A stretch of 46,959 bases of DNA from an uncultured Candidatus Saccharibacteria bacterium. GTDB taxonomy: Bacteria > Patescibacteriota > Minisyncoccia > Phycocordibacterales > SBAW01. The DNA is taken from NCBI GenBank assembly GCA_964600495.1, contig CAZRJD010000001.1, positions 1 to 46,959 on the forward strand, in the 5' to 3' direction. The position numbers and the translations under genes were made by a program. Under the pieces are notes generated by a model that had not been told where the DNA came from, did not search any database, and was given only the letters and a program-made list of their open reading frames with translations. The stretch's first letter is position 1; the number at the start of each line of letters is the position of its first letter. Below, one piece after another: positions 16,804 to 25,498 of the stretch.

Positions 16804-17376
16804 TTAGGCCGCGGAAAGTGTGGCTTCGTTGATGCCGCGGGCATCGAGGACCATCTCGACAAACTCGCGTATCGCTCCTTCGCCGCCTGCGGTTGCGAGG
16901 TTAATGTCCGCTATTTTCTTGATAAGCCGGCGGGCATTCTGGGGTGCCACTTTGAGGCCCGCGAGCTGCATTGCCTCGAAGTCGGTACGGTCATCGCCGA
17001 TGTAGACGCAGTCTTTCCACGAGAGGTCGTGTTTTTGCATCCAGCTTTCGAGCGACTCCACCTTGCCACCCTTCTTGAGCTCGCCCATGAAGAGGTCTAC
17101 TGGGGCCCACTGCCCAGACTTGACCGACGGCAAGTCGTTTATCTTTTCGACAATGCTTTGGAGCGGCTCGCCTTCGCCAGTTGCGAAGACGACCTTGATG
17201 CCGATGCCGCGCAAGAAGGAAAGCCCTTGCCCGTCGTGGAAGTGGCGCTGTTTCATGATCGAGGCTTTGCCATCGATAACAACCCGGTACTCGTGGCCGG
17301 TAAACCACACCCCGTCGGCGTCTAGAATGAGACCCTTAAAGGAGCGCAATTTTTCTTGGATTTCCTCGTTGTTCAT
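16804..17376 (-). CDS. HAD-IIIA phosphatase, KdsC family (ulosonate/nonulosonate-phosphate phosphatase-like)
   Basis: Contains LILDADGVWFTG (DxD motif), DGQGLSFLRGIGIKVVFATGEG, YIGDDRTDFEAM and ATAGGEGAIREFVEMVL, the KdsC-type pattern. A GGAG SD lies 7 nt upstream of the ATG. Confidence 0.8.
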   Translation of the reverse strand: MNNEEIQEKLRSFKGLILDADGVWFTGHEYRVVIDGKASIMKQRHFHDGQGLSFLRGIGIKVVFATGEGEPLQSIVEKINDLPSVKSGQWAPVDLFMGELKKGGKVESLESWMQKHDLSWKDCVYIGDDRTDFEAMQLAGLKVAPQNARRLIKKIADINLATAGGEGAIREFVEMVLDARGINEATLSAA

Positions 17377-17412
17377 CTTAAACTCCGTTGTCCTTTCGCC
17401 CCTACCTTACTC

Positions 17413-18282
17413 CTACGCATGAGCAATTGCAATAAGTGTATCAGTCTGATCCGACTCCTTCAAAACTTTTTCGTATGCCTCTTCAACCCCGCGTGCTCGG
17501 AGTTCGGGTCTGCGGTTTTGCCCGCCCGGTTTGCCGTCAACAAGCCAGCCAATATGGTTCGAGAGAGGATACCGCTGAAATCCTTCGACCTCAATATTTT
17601 TAAAACCGGCTTCTTGAAGTAAGGCCTGTAGGCTTTCCTTGGTATGGAGAATGAGATGCTCGCTCCACAGTGAGAAGGCCTTGAACGAATCGAGCTGGAA
17701 TAAAACATCGCGCGCATGGGGTACTTCTACAACTACTGTGCCGCCCTCGCGCAACATTCCCTTCACTTTTTTGAGCGTCTCAAGCGGGTCGATAATATGT
17801 TCAACCACATGAAAGAGCGTTGCAACATCATACTGGCCCTTCTGTGCATCGTCAGGCAAGCGATATACCGTGTGATGAAGCGCCTCGAGTTCTTTGCGCA
17901 TATACTCCTGCGGCTCGACCCCGTCAACTTTTTTAGCAACTCCCTTCCAGTACTGAAGGAGTGCCCCCGTGCCACAACCCACGTCTATCACATCTTTGTT
18001 TTCGACCAGCGAGCGGAACTGTTCGGTCCGGCGGGCGTCATCTTCTTGATATAGCTTTAAAGCCTCTTCCCGGTTTTTGGCTCCCCAGTAGGATCCTCCT
18101 TCTATTTCGTCATAGTGAGATAGAGACATGTGGTCGGTCCTATCAAGAAAAATGACGCCGGACTTTGCATCCCGCAGAACCCCGATGTCCTCTCTGTCTC
18201 GCACTCGGGGGTAGAAGGGTGCGATTGTCTCCTCATGTATCATCCCAAGCTCGAGCAGAAGCTCTTTTGCTTTGTTCTCCAT
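17413..18282 (-). CDS. Class I SAM-dependent methyltransferase
   Basis: Contains VIDVGCGTGALLQYW (motif I), YDVATLFHVVEHIIDP and GGTVVVEVPH. Confidence 0.8.
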   Translation of the reverse strand: MENKAKELLLELGMIHEETIAPFYPRVRDREDIGVLRDAKSGVIFLDRTDHMSLSHYDEIEGGSYWGAKNREEALKLYQEDDARRTEQFRSLVENKDVIDVGCGTGALLQYWKGVAKKVDGVEPQEYMRKELEALHHTVYRLPDDAQKGQYDVATLFHVVEHIIDPLETLKKVKGMLREGGTVVVEVPHARDVLFQLDSFKAFSLWSEHLILHTKESLQALLQEAGFKNIEVEGFQRYPLSNHIGWLVDGKPGGQNRRPELRARGVEEAYEKVLKESDQTDTLIAIAHA

Positions 18283-18285
18283 GAC

Positions 18286-19152
18286 TTAAAAACGCTTGAG
18301 CTTTTTGCGCTGGACCTCTTCGACATCAAGAATTTCTTTTTTCTTATACTGGAGCGAGCGCTGGGTTGCCAAAAGGTCCCGTGTAACACGGCGCAGACCA
18401 TCGGGCTCGAGCGATGCGGCATGGTCGGTCCCCTTCCACGTGCGGTTAAGGGTGAAGTGCCGCTCAATATAATTGGCACCAAGCGCATACGCAACATTGT
18501 CAATCGCGATACCATTGTGATGCCCTGAAAACCCGATATCCTTAACGACATTTCCATAGGTGTCTTTCAGCCGCTTTATTTCAAGCAGGCAGACATCGTC
18601 GAACTCGACCGGGTAGCCTGATGTGCACGCGTAGAGCACGGTATCTTTTGCCCTGCCCTGTACCAACATAAAATCGACGATCTTTTTCTCCTCCTCCCTC
18701 GTTGTCATACCGAGCGAGATATGAATGTCGCCCTTATAATTTTTGGCGAGATACTCGAGCATCTCGAATCGCAAATTGCTTGCCGAGGGGATTTTTATTT
18801 TCTTTGGGTTTAGATTTGCGATTTCCTTTGCTGATGTCAGATCCCACACAGAGGTCGAGTACTCAATACCGATCTCTTCGGCATATTGCTTGAGTTTCGC
18901 GTGCTGGTCTGTACTAAATTCCAAAAATTCTCTGTGCTCGCCGTAGGTCTCTCCATAACTATTGGCAGGATTGGGGTGCGGAGCATTATATTCTTCCTCG
19001 ATCAGAAGTTCTTTGTTATTGCGTTTCTGAAATTTGACGACATCAGCCTTGCAAAAAATCTTGGCCGTTAGGACCATCTCTTTTGCAATTTCGAAGTCTC
19101 CTTTATGATTGCCGCCGATTTCGGCTATAACAATGGGTTTTTGTTCGTACAT
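18286..19152 (-). CDS. NeuB-family (sialic/nonulosonic acid) synthase, short form without a C-terminal SAF domain
   Basis: Contains KPIVIAEIGGNHKGDFEIAKEMV, DVVKFQKR, IKIPSASN, GFSGHHNGIAIDNVAYALGANYIERHFTL and GTDHAASLEP. I take the start at MYEQKP (19152) because the ORF-track extension overlaps the upstream gene. The protein ends about 30 aa after the TIM-barrel core. Confidence 0.85.
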   Translation of the reverse strand: MYEQKPIVIAEIGGNHKGDFEIAKEMVLTAKIFCKADVVKFQKRNNKELLIEEEYNAPHPNPANSYGETYGEHREFLEFSTDQHAKLKQYAEEIGIEYSTSVWDLTSAKEIANLNPKKIKIPSASNLRFEMLEYLAKNYKGDIHISLGMTTREEEKKIVDFMLVQGRAKDTVLYACTSGYPVEFDDVCLLEIKRLKDTYGNVVKDIGFSGHHNGIAIDNVAYALGANYIERHFTLNRTWKGTDHAASLEPDGLRRVTRDLLATQRSLQYKKKEILDVEEVQRKKLKRF

Positions 19153-19183
19153 ATATTTATGATAGACACTACTGTAGCATATT

Positions 19184-21082
19184 TTACTTTCTCTGTTTCT
19201 TTGCCAATGTTCGCACCACCTCGGCCATCTTCTGCGATGCCTTGCCGTCAAATGAGTAATTCTGCTTCATGAAAAGGTCGGCTTTCTCAACGAGCTCTCT
19301 GCGCCGCCCGGGGCTCTGCGCGAGCGATTCAAGCCCCTGCACAAGCTCCTGCGAAGTACGCACCATTAAGAGCGCACCTGCGGCAGCGTACTCCGACAGT
19401 TCCCGACCGAGCACCTCGTGCGTCTCAAGGGTTCCGTTGTAGATGACCGGTCTGCCGGAAATAAGCCCCTCAAGCACCGTGGTCGAATAAATGGTAACGA
19501 CAGCATCCGACTCGGCAATGACGTCGACAAGCGGTTCATACTGGGCAATCTTGTGGGGTATTGTGCCGAACGTCTCCGCAATTGTGCGTCGATAAAAGGC
19601 TTCGTTATCCGGATCAGGCCGCAATTTAAGTATAAAGAGAGGGTTGGGAATGCGGGCAGCTGCTGATGCCAGGTTCTTTAAATATTCAACTACCTCATAC
19701 GAGTCGGACCACGAATGCGGAAGTATTGCGGGCACCATGCATGCGATAATGAACGGTTTCATCTCGGAGTTTCCCGGAATTTTTTTCTCCCGCATTGTTT
19801 TGTATGCATCAAAACGCGGTGATCCGACATTGAACAGTGTGCTGTCAGTGTAACCGAATTTTTTGAACCCTTTGCTGGTGAGAGGCCCGTAGGTAGCCAC
19901 ATATTCTACTGCAGGCCGGTTTATGAAGGAGATCGGGCCAAAATAGAGAAGGCCGTGCTGCACTTCTATTGACGGTATCTGAAGTGCCCGAGCAACATAA
20001 CAGAGAATAGGAAAATGTATCTGGGTAGAGAGACTGGCACGCACCAGCACGATATCGGGCCGCATATGCTCGCATAGTGCGTAGGAGCCATCAATAGCTA
20101 CCAGGGACCGTATTCCTCCCCTTGCAATTATAAGCTCCAATGCGGAGAGCAGTATGGGGCTTAGTTTGTGGCCGCGAGCGTGTGCTTCTCGTACCACAGT
20201 GTTCATATCCCGAACCCGTTCCCATTGCTCCACAAACAGGCCAACCTGTACTGAAGCTTTTTTGCGCATCGTGCGTGAAACGAAGTTCTCGGTATGAACA
20301 AAGCGCATGCGGTTCTTAAAAATAGCCGCAAGACCGGCTTTGCGTGACTCTCCTCTGTCCAGCAGCAATAATTCCGTATCAGGAAGCATGGTCATGAGCG
20401 ACGAAATATTTTTCCACAGATCGGACGCGAGGATACGTATTCGCTTTTGTGGAACAACCACCGCCACATATACATTGAGCACAAAAAGGAACAAGCCAAA
20501 GAGCCTGCGTTTCAGGTTAAAAAGAATGACACTCATACGTATGCGCGCTTGCCTTACATTATTTTTCAACTCTGGGACGACGATGACGATGTTGTACTTT
20601 TTGCCGACAAGTCGGGCCACATCAACTGCGGCCGTCAGTTCGAGCGGCGCCAAAATGCCGCTCGTCTCCAAAAGAATATTGACAGACGGCAGCACGATGA
20701 GCCGTCTATAGTGTGGATACGTTTCCGTAATTGAGGTAATGACATCAACGAAGTAGAGAACGGACATCAGATAAACCTGCAGGACCGGCATAAAAACATT
20801 CACCAGCGGCACGCTCCGATAAGAGAAAAAAGAAAATGAGGGGTCATCTAATACTTCCCGTCCCAGTTTTTCGGCATATCCCATGCACTCTTCATGCGGC
20901 ATTGTCCTCAAATGCCGGCCGGATTGGAATGCGATACCGCGCTCCCCAAGGATGAACTCGATGTCGGCACCGAGCGCAATAACCGTCAAAGACTTTCTTT
21001 TTTCTTCCGGGGTCGAGAGCAGAAGCTCCGCGAGGGTCTGCACTTGCCCCTTCTCGTATATAAAAATAGCGGTCTTGTCCAT
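19184..21082 (-). CDS. Large uncharacterised protein; the C-terminal ~330 aa look GT-B-like (Capsule_synth/KpsS-KpsC or TagF-like). Function unresolved
   Basis: The 632-aa ORF is the first gene of the nonulosonate operon and has an AAGAAGG SD. The C-terminal pattern is IEVQHG...VGSPRFD...LKLRPDPD...VDVIAESDAVVTIYSTTVLEGLISGRPVIYNG. I recognise no motif in the N-terminal ~300 aa. Confidence 0.4.
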   Translation of the reverse strand: MDKTAIFIYEKGQVQTLAELLLSTPEEKRKSLTVIALGADIEFILGERGIAFQSGRHLRTMPHEECMGYAEKLGREVLDDPSFSFFSYRSVPLVNVFMPVLQVYLMSVLYFVDVITSITETYPHYRRLIVLPSVNILLETSGILAPLELTAAVDVARLVGKKYNIVIVVPELKNNVRQARIRMSVILFNLKRRLFGLFLFVLNVYVAVVVPQKRIRILASDLWKNISSLMTMLPDTELLLLDRGESRKAGLAAIFKNRMRFVHTENFVSRTMRKKASVQVGLFVEQWERVRDMNTVVREAHARGHKLSPILLSALELIIARGGIRSLVAIDGSYALCEHMRPDIVLVRASLSTQIHFPILCYVARALQIPSIEVQHGLLYFGPISFINRPAVEYVATYGPLTSKGFKKFGYTDSTLFNVGSPRFDAYKTMREKKIPGNSEMKPFIIACMVPAILPHSWSDSYEVVEYLKNLASAAARIPNPLFILKLRPDPDNEAFYRRTIAETFGTIPHKIAQYEPLVDVIAESDAVVTIYSTTVLEGLISGRPVIYNGTLETHEVLGRELSEYAAAGALLMVRTSQELVQGLESLAQSPGRRRELVEKADLFMKQNYSFDGKASQKMAEVVRTLAKKQRK

Positions 21083-21130
21083 GCCTTCTTACGATTCTAT
21101 AACCCCATAGGAAGAGCTGTAGTTTCCATA

Positions 21131-22360
21131 TTATAAGACCTCAATATCGGGAACGGTGACGATAAACTTAACTCCCCGCTCGCGCAGCGCCTTCTCTTGT
21201 TCGAGAATAAAATCCTTATGGTTCCACGCAAGGAGCAAAATATAATCGGGCACATCGCCCTCTAGCCTGTCGGGAGAAACGATAGGAATATGCATGCCCG
21301 GGGTGTAGAGCCCCTGCTTCAGCGTAGTCGAGTCTGTAATATAATCGATGAGTTCGGGGCCGATTCCATAATAGTTGAGTAAAGTTGTGCTTTTTGCCGG
21401 CGCGCCGTAGCCGACGATCTTCTTTCCTTTTGCTTTGAGATCCAGTAAAAGCTCGCGTAATTTTTCTTTATTTTCCTGAACTTGTTTTCCGAAGGAGAGA
21501 AAAGTCTCTTCTTTCGTGAGTCCGGCTGCGACTTCTTTTGCGAGGATTTCTGTCACGCGCGCGGAAGCCTCGCGGTTACGGGCGGCATATACCCGCAGGG
21601 AAAGCCCTTGCGCTTCTACTATCTCCACGTCGAATATGTGCATACCTGCCGACTCGACCAGATATTTGAGCGCATGCAGAGAATAGAAACAGAGATGCTC
21701 ATGATAGATCTGGTCGAACGCTTTTTCATCGATAAGATGCTTGTTCCAATGCACTTCGAAAATAAACACGCCGTCGTCCCTGATGAGTTTGGTAACTCCT
21801 TTGAACACGTCGCGAATGGGGTCGGTATGCGCAAATACGTTGTTGGCGGTCACGACACGGGCCGGCCCGTGGGAAGCGAGGATCGCATCGGCCGTCTGCG
21901 AAGTAAAGAACGCGGGGTAAAACGGTACTCCTTTTTCTTCCGAAAGAGGCGCGAGATTCTCTGCCGGGTCGACGTTTAAGACCCGTGCCTTATCTTTCAA
22001 AAAACTTAGGAGCACTCCGTCGTTGCCGCCGATATCGATAACAAGATCCTGCGGTGAGGAAATAAAGGGTAGTATCGCTTCCTTTGCGTACCTCTCGAAG
22101 TGCGCGACCGATGGTGTGCTAGCGCCGGTTAGAAAATGGTAATCCTTAAATAAAATATTCGGGTCTACAACATCAAGTAGTTGCGCCAATGAGCAAGTTC
22201 GACAAAAGTACAATGCCAAAGGAAATGTCTCTTCCGGCTTTTCCAAGTCTTCCTTGCGCAAGTATGCATTGGCCGGAGGGGTTGAGCCGAGGTCAAGGAC
22301 AGGGACGAGATCATTCCCTTCACACACTCTGCAGGTTGTGCGCTTAAAATAATGCTTCAT
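21131..22360 (-). CDS. NDP-hexose C-methyltransferase family (TylCIII-like: zinc-binding N-domain, SAM domain, C-methyltransferase C-domain)
   Basis: Contains CRVCEGNDLVPVLDLGSTPPANAY, CRTCSLAQL, VIDIGGNDGVLL, VTANNVFAHTDP and FEVHW...YHEHLCFYS. The ATG at 22358-22360 overlaps the upstream stop as ATGA. Confidence 0.85.
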   Translation of the reverse strand: MKHYFKRTTCRVCEGNDLVPVLDLGSTPPANAYLRKEDLEKPEETFPLALYFCRTCSLAQLLDVVDPNILFKDYHFLTGASTPSVAHFERYAKEAILPFISSPQDLVIDIGGNDGVLLSFLKDKARVLNVDPAENLAPLSEEKGVPFYPAFFTSQTADAILASHGPARVVTANNVFAHTDPIRDVFKGVTKLIRDDGVFIFEVHWNKHLIDEKAFDQIYHEHLCFYSLHALKYLVESAGMHIFDVEIVEAQGLSLRVYAARNREASARVTEILAKEVAAGLTKEETFLSFGKQVQENKEKLRELLLDLKAKGKKIVGYGAPAKSTTLLNYYGIGPELIDYITDSTTLKQGLYTPGMHIPIVSPDRLEGDVPDYILLLAWNHKDFILEQEKALRERGVKFIVTVPDIEVL

Positions 22361-23169
22361 GTCCATTCCGTTTGTATGTACTCGCGCAATGCCTCTTGCC
22401 ACGGACGCATGGGTACGGATATAACCATGCTCTCATTGCACCCGGTTGCATAAGCGCTGGGAAAGTCTGCGGATACTGCCGGCACAACCTTGGCGGAGGA
22501 GTTCGTGATAGAGACTATCTCTTTTGCAATGTCATAGCGCGTTGCGGGCTCGCCACCCACGTGGCAAATGCCTCGCCTGTCTTCTTCTATAAGCATGGCG
22601 ATTGCGCGGGCCAGATCTTTGGCGTACGTTGGCGAGCCGCGCTTGTCCGCAACAGCGGAAATTTCTGCAGCATCTTTTTGCATGAGTATTTTTCCCACAA
22701 ATTTTTTATCCTTCTCTTTGCCTCCGCCGAACACCCACGAGGTGCGCACAATGAGAAAATTTTCCATCACTCCCTGTACCGCCAACTCGCCTAAATATTT
22801 AGAGTGGCCGTATACATTCACCGGATTCGGCGTATCTTCTTCGGTGTACGGCTCTGCCTTTGTTCCATCAAACACACCCGAGGTTGAAACGTAAATTAAT
22901 TTCGCGCCCACTGCGCGCGCCGCAAGCGCGATGTTATACGTACCAACTGTGTTGACTGTGTATGCATATGCCGGTTCTTGCTCACAGCGCACCAGGTTGG
23001 TGGCAGCCGCCAAATGCACGATGACTTTTGGCATGTATTTTTTGCAGGCGGCCATGACACTTGAGAGGCTTGTTACATCAAGCTGCGCCTGACTGGCACG
23101 AATGCCGAAGTCGATATAGCTCCCGACCATGCCGTCCGCACCTGTTATCAGTATTTTCTCTCTATTCAT
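22357..23169 (-). CDS. rmlD: dTDP-4-dehydrorhamnose reductase family (RmlD-like)
   Basis: Contains KILITGADGMVGSY, VIVHLAAATN, YGHSKYLGE (Y...K) and RTSWVFG. Confidence 0.75.
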   Translation of the reverse strand: MNREKILITGADGMVGSYIDFGIRASQAQLDVTSLSSVMAACKKYMPKVIVHLAAATNLVRCEQEPAYAYTVNTVGTYNIALAARAVGAKLIYVSTSGVFDGTKAEPYTEEDTPNPVNVYGHSKYLGELAVQGVMENFLIVRTSWVFGGGKEKDKKFVGKILMQKDAAEISAVADKRGSPTYAKDLARAIAMLIEEDRRGICHVGGEPATRYDIAKEIVSITNSSAKVVPAVSADFPSAYATGCNESMVISVPMRPWQEALREYIQTEWT

Positions 23170-23696
23170 ACCTTAAATGGCGGCCACTTTGTGTCTTGGT
23201 CGGAGAGGATTGGAGTGGCAGTCGGCCATTCAATATGCAAAAGCGGGTCATTCCACAGAACGCCGCCGGCCGATTCCGGATGATATACATCGCTCATTTT
23301 ATATTCAACGATCGAGTCATCGCTCACGACGCAAAAACCATGGGCGTAACGCCCGGGGATATACAGCATTGTTTGATCCTCGCTCGTCAGCATAGCCGAT
23401 ACATGTGTTCCGAATGTCGCCGATGCGGGGTCGCAGTCGGCCACGACATCGAGTATCTTGCCCTTAGTGCATCGCACCAGTTTGTCTTGGGCGTGCGGTG
23501 CCCGCTGGAAGTGGAGCCCGCGGATAACGTCTTTGACAGAATACGAGGTGTAGTCGTGTACAAACTGCACCGTGATACCAAGTTTTTCGAACTCTTCTTT
23601 GTGGTATGGAACCACCGAATATCCTCGCACATCGGAAAAAACTTTTGGCTTTATGAGGAGCACGCCCGGAAGAGAAAGTTTTTCAACAGTAAACAT
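23166..23696 (-). CDS. rmlC: dTDP-4-dehydrorhamnose 3,5-epimerase
   Basis: Contains LPGVLLIKPKVFSDVRGY, IRGLHFQRAPHAQDKLVRCTKGKILDVVAD, IPGRYAHGF and YHPESAGGVLWND. Start MFTVEKL at 23696. Confidence 0.9.
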   Translation of the reverse strand: MFTVEKLSLPGVLLIKPKVFSDVRGYSVVPYHKEEFEKLGITVQFVHDYTSYSVKDVIRGLHFQRAPHAQDKLVRCTKGKILDVVADCDPASATFGTHVSAMLTSEDQTMLYIPGRYAHGFCVVSDDSIVEYKMSDVYHPESAGGVLWNDPLLHIEWPTATPILSDQDTKWPPFKV

Positions 23697-23697
23697 A

Positions 23698-24426
23698 TCA
23701 CGCACGCGCCTTTTTCTTTTGCGCGCGTATAAATGAAGCGGCAGTAAAAAGCGACTCGGTGGTGCCGGCATCAAGCCACATACCCTTCACAAATCCGAAC
23801 GAGAACTTGCGAAGGGCCAGATAGCGGTTCATCATGTCTGTCATTTCCAACTCGCCGCGCGCGGAGGGTTTAAGCGTCTTGATGATAGCGAAGGCATGAC
23901 TGTCGACTATATAAAAACCGGTCTGGGCGTAGGACGACTTCGGGCGTTTCGGCTTTTCTTCTATCCGCAAAATACTTTTGCCGTCTTTGCTGAACACCGG
24001 CACACCGAAGCGAGCCGGGTTCGAAACTTTTTTAAAGAATGCGGCGGCTCCTCCGGCAAAGTTTTTCACTGCAGGAGCAAAGTCACCCTCGAATATATTA
24101 TCTCCGAGAATGACCGCTAAGGAGTCGTCTTGCGCAAAATCTTCCGCATATGCAAGAGCGTCGGCAATACCACCGTTGTTCGCATTTTGCAGTGCATACG
24201 AGAGTTTTACCCCATAGTCCTTTCCTGACCCCAAGAAGTTCATAAAATGCCCCGCGTGTTCACGGCCGCACACGATAAGAATATCGGTGATGCCCGAGCG
24301 CTTCAACGTCTCAAGCGGATACAGTATCATCGGCCGGTCGTACACCGGCAAGAGATGTTTGTTGGTTATTTTAGTGAGCGGGTAGAGCCGCGTCCCTATC
24401 CCTCCGGCTAGAATTACTCCTTTCAT
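23698..24426 (-). CDS. rmlA: Glucose-1-phosphate thymidylyltransferase (short form)
   Basis: Contains MKGVILAGGIGTRLYPLTKITNKHLLPVYDRPMILYPL and ILGDNIF. Confidence 0.88.
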   Translation of the reverse strand: MKGVILAGGIGTRLYPLTKITNKHLLPVYDRPMILYPLETLKRSGITDILIVCGREHAGHFMNFLGSGKDYGVKLSYALQNANNGGIADALAYAEDFAQDDSLAVILGDNIFEGDFAPAVKNFAGGAAAFFKKVSNPARFGVPVFSKDGKSILRIEEKPKRPKSSYAQTGFYIVDSHAFAIIKTLKPSARGELEMTDMMNRYLALRKFSFGFVKGMWLDAGTTESLFTAASFIRAQKKKARA

Positions 24427-25451
24427 ATGATATGTGTATTAACGGCACCTGCGCGTGCAAGCACTTTTTTAATCCAGTCCATATGTTCTATATACCATGT
24501 AATGGTCGATTCAAACGAGGTGCGGAGCGAATGTATTGGCTTCCATCCCAGCTCGCGCCTGATTTTTGAAGCATCAATGGCATAACGGCGATCATGACCG
24601 GGTCTGTCTTTTACAAAGACGATCGCCGACATACCTTTTTTAAAATACACGGCCAGACGTTTTGCAAGAGCGAGATTGGTTATCTCATCCCGTGCGCCGA
24701 TATTGTATATCTCGCCCGGTTTTCCTTTACGTAGAGCGAGGACAAGCGCGGAGCAATGGTCCTCGACATGGATCCAATCGCGCACGTACTGTCCATCGCC
24801 ATAGATTGCTATCTTTTTTCCCTCCATAAGGCGTGTTACCGAGTATGGGATGAGCTTCTCCGGATGCTGGTATGGGCCGTAATTGTTAGAACAGCGGGTA
24901 ATAACCGCCGGCAAGCCGTAGGTAACATAAAACGAACGCACGATAAGATCTGCAGATGCTTTCGAAGAAGCATAGGGAGAATTGGGTGCTAACACTGAAC
25001 GTTCAGTAAACTTGGTTCTCGATCTAAGTGGCAAACTGCCATAGACCTCGTCCGTACTTACTTGTACAAATTTCTTAAGCGAGGGTGCAAAATTTCGGAG
25101 AGCCTCAAGCAACACCGTAGTGCCAAGCACGTTTGTTCGGATAAAGTCTGCAGCGCCGCCGTGAATACTCCTGTCGACATGAGACTCCGCCGCAAAGTTT
25201 ATTACATAGGACGGCCGATGTTTTTGGAGAAGCCTAGAGAGAAGCGCCATATCTGCGATATTTCCTTTCACAAACGTGAAACGCTTTTTAGGAAGTCCTG
25301 TAAGACTGTCGCGATTGCCGGCATACGTAAGGGCGTCAATACAGACAATTCTGGTCTTTGGCGACGTATGCAGTACATGTCGAATGAAATTAGAGCCGAT
25401 AAAACCGGCTCCGCCGCATACTATAAGGGTAGTATTGCCAAAACTTCGCAT
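24423..25451 (-). CDS. rmlB: dTDP-glucose 4,6-dehydratase
   Basis: Contains VCGGAGFIGSNF, FAAESHVDRS, STDEVYG, YASSKASADL, CSNNYGPYQHPEKLIP and RDWIHVEDH. Confidence 0.92.
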   Translation of the reverse strand: MRSFGNTTLIVCGGAGFIGSNFIRHVLHTSPKTRIVCIDALTYAGNRDSLTGLPKKRFTFVKGNIADMALLSRLLQKHRPSYVINFAAESHVDRSIHGGAADFIRTNVLGTTVLLEALRNFAPSLKKFVQVSTDEVYGSLPLRSRTKFTERSVLAPNSPYASSKASADLIVRSFYVTYGLPAVITRCSNNYGPYQHPEKLIPYSVTRLMEGKKIAIYGDGQYVRDWIHVEDHCSALVLALRKGKPGEIYNIGARDEITNLALAKRLAVYFKKGMSAIVFVKDRPGHDRRYAIDASKIRRELGWKPIHSLRTSFESTITWYIEHMDWIKKVLARAGAVNTHII

Positions 25452-25498
25452 TGTGTGATAATACGCTGAACCGCGAATAAAATCAATTATAAAAAAAT

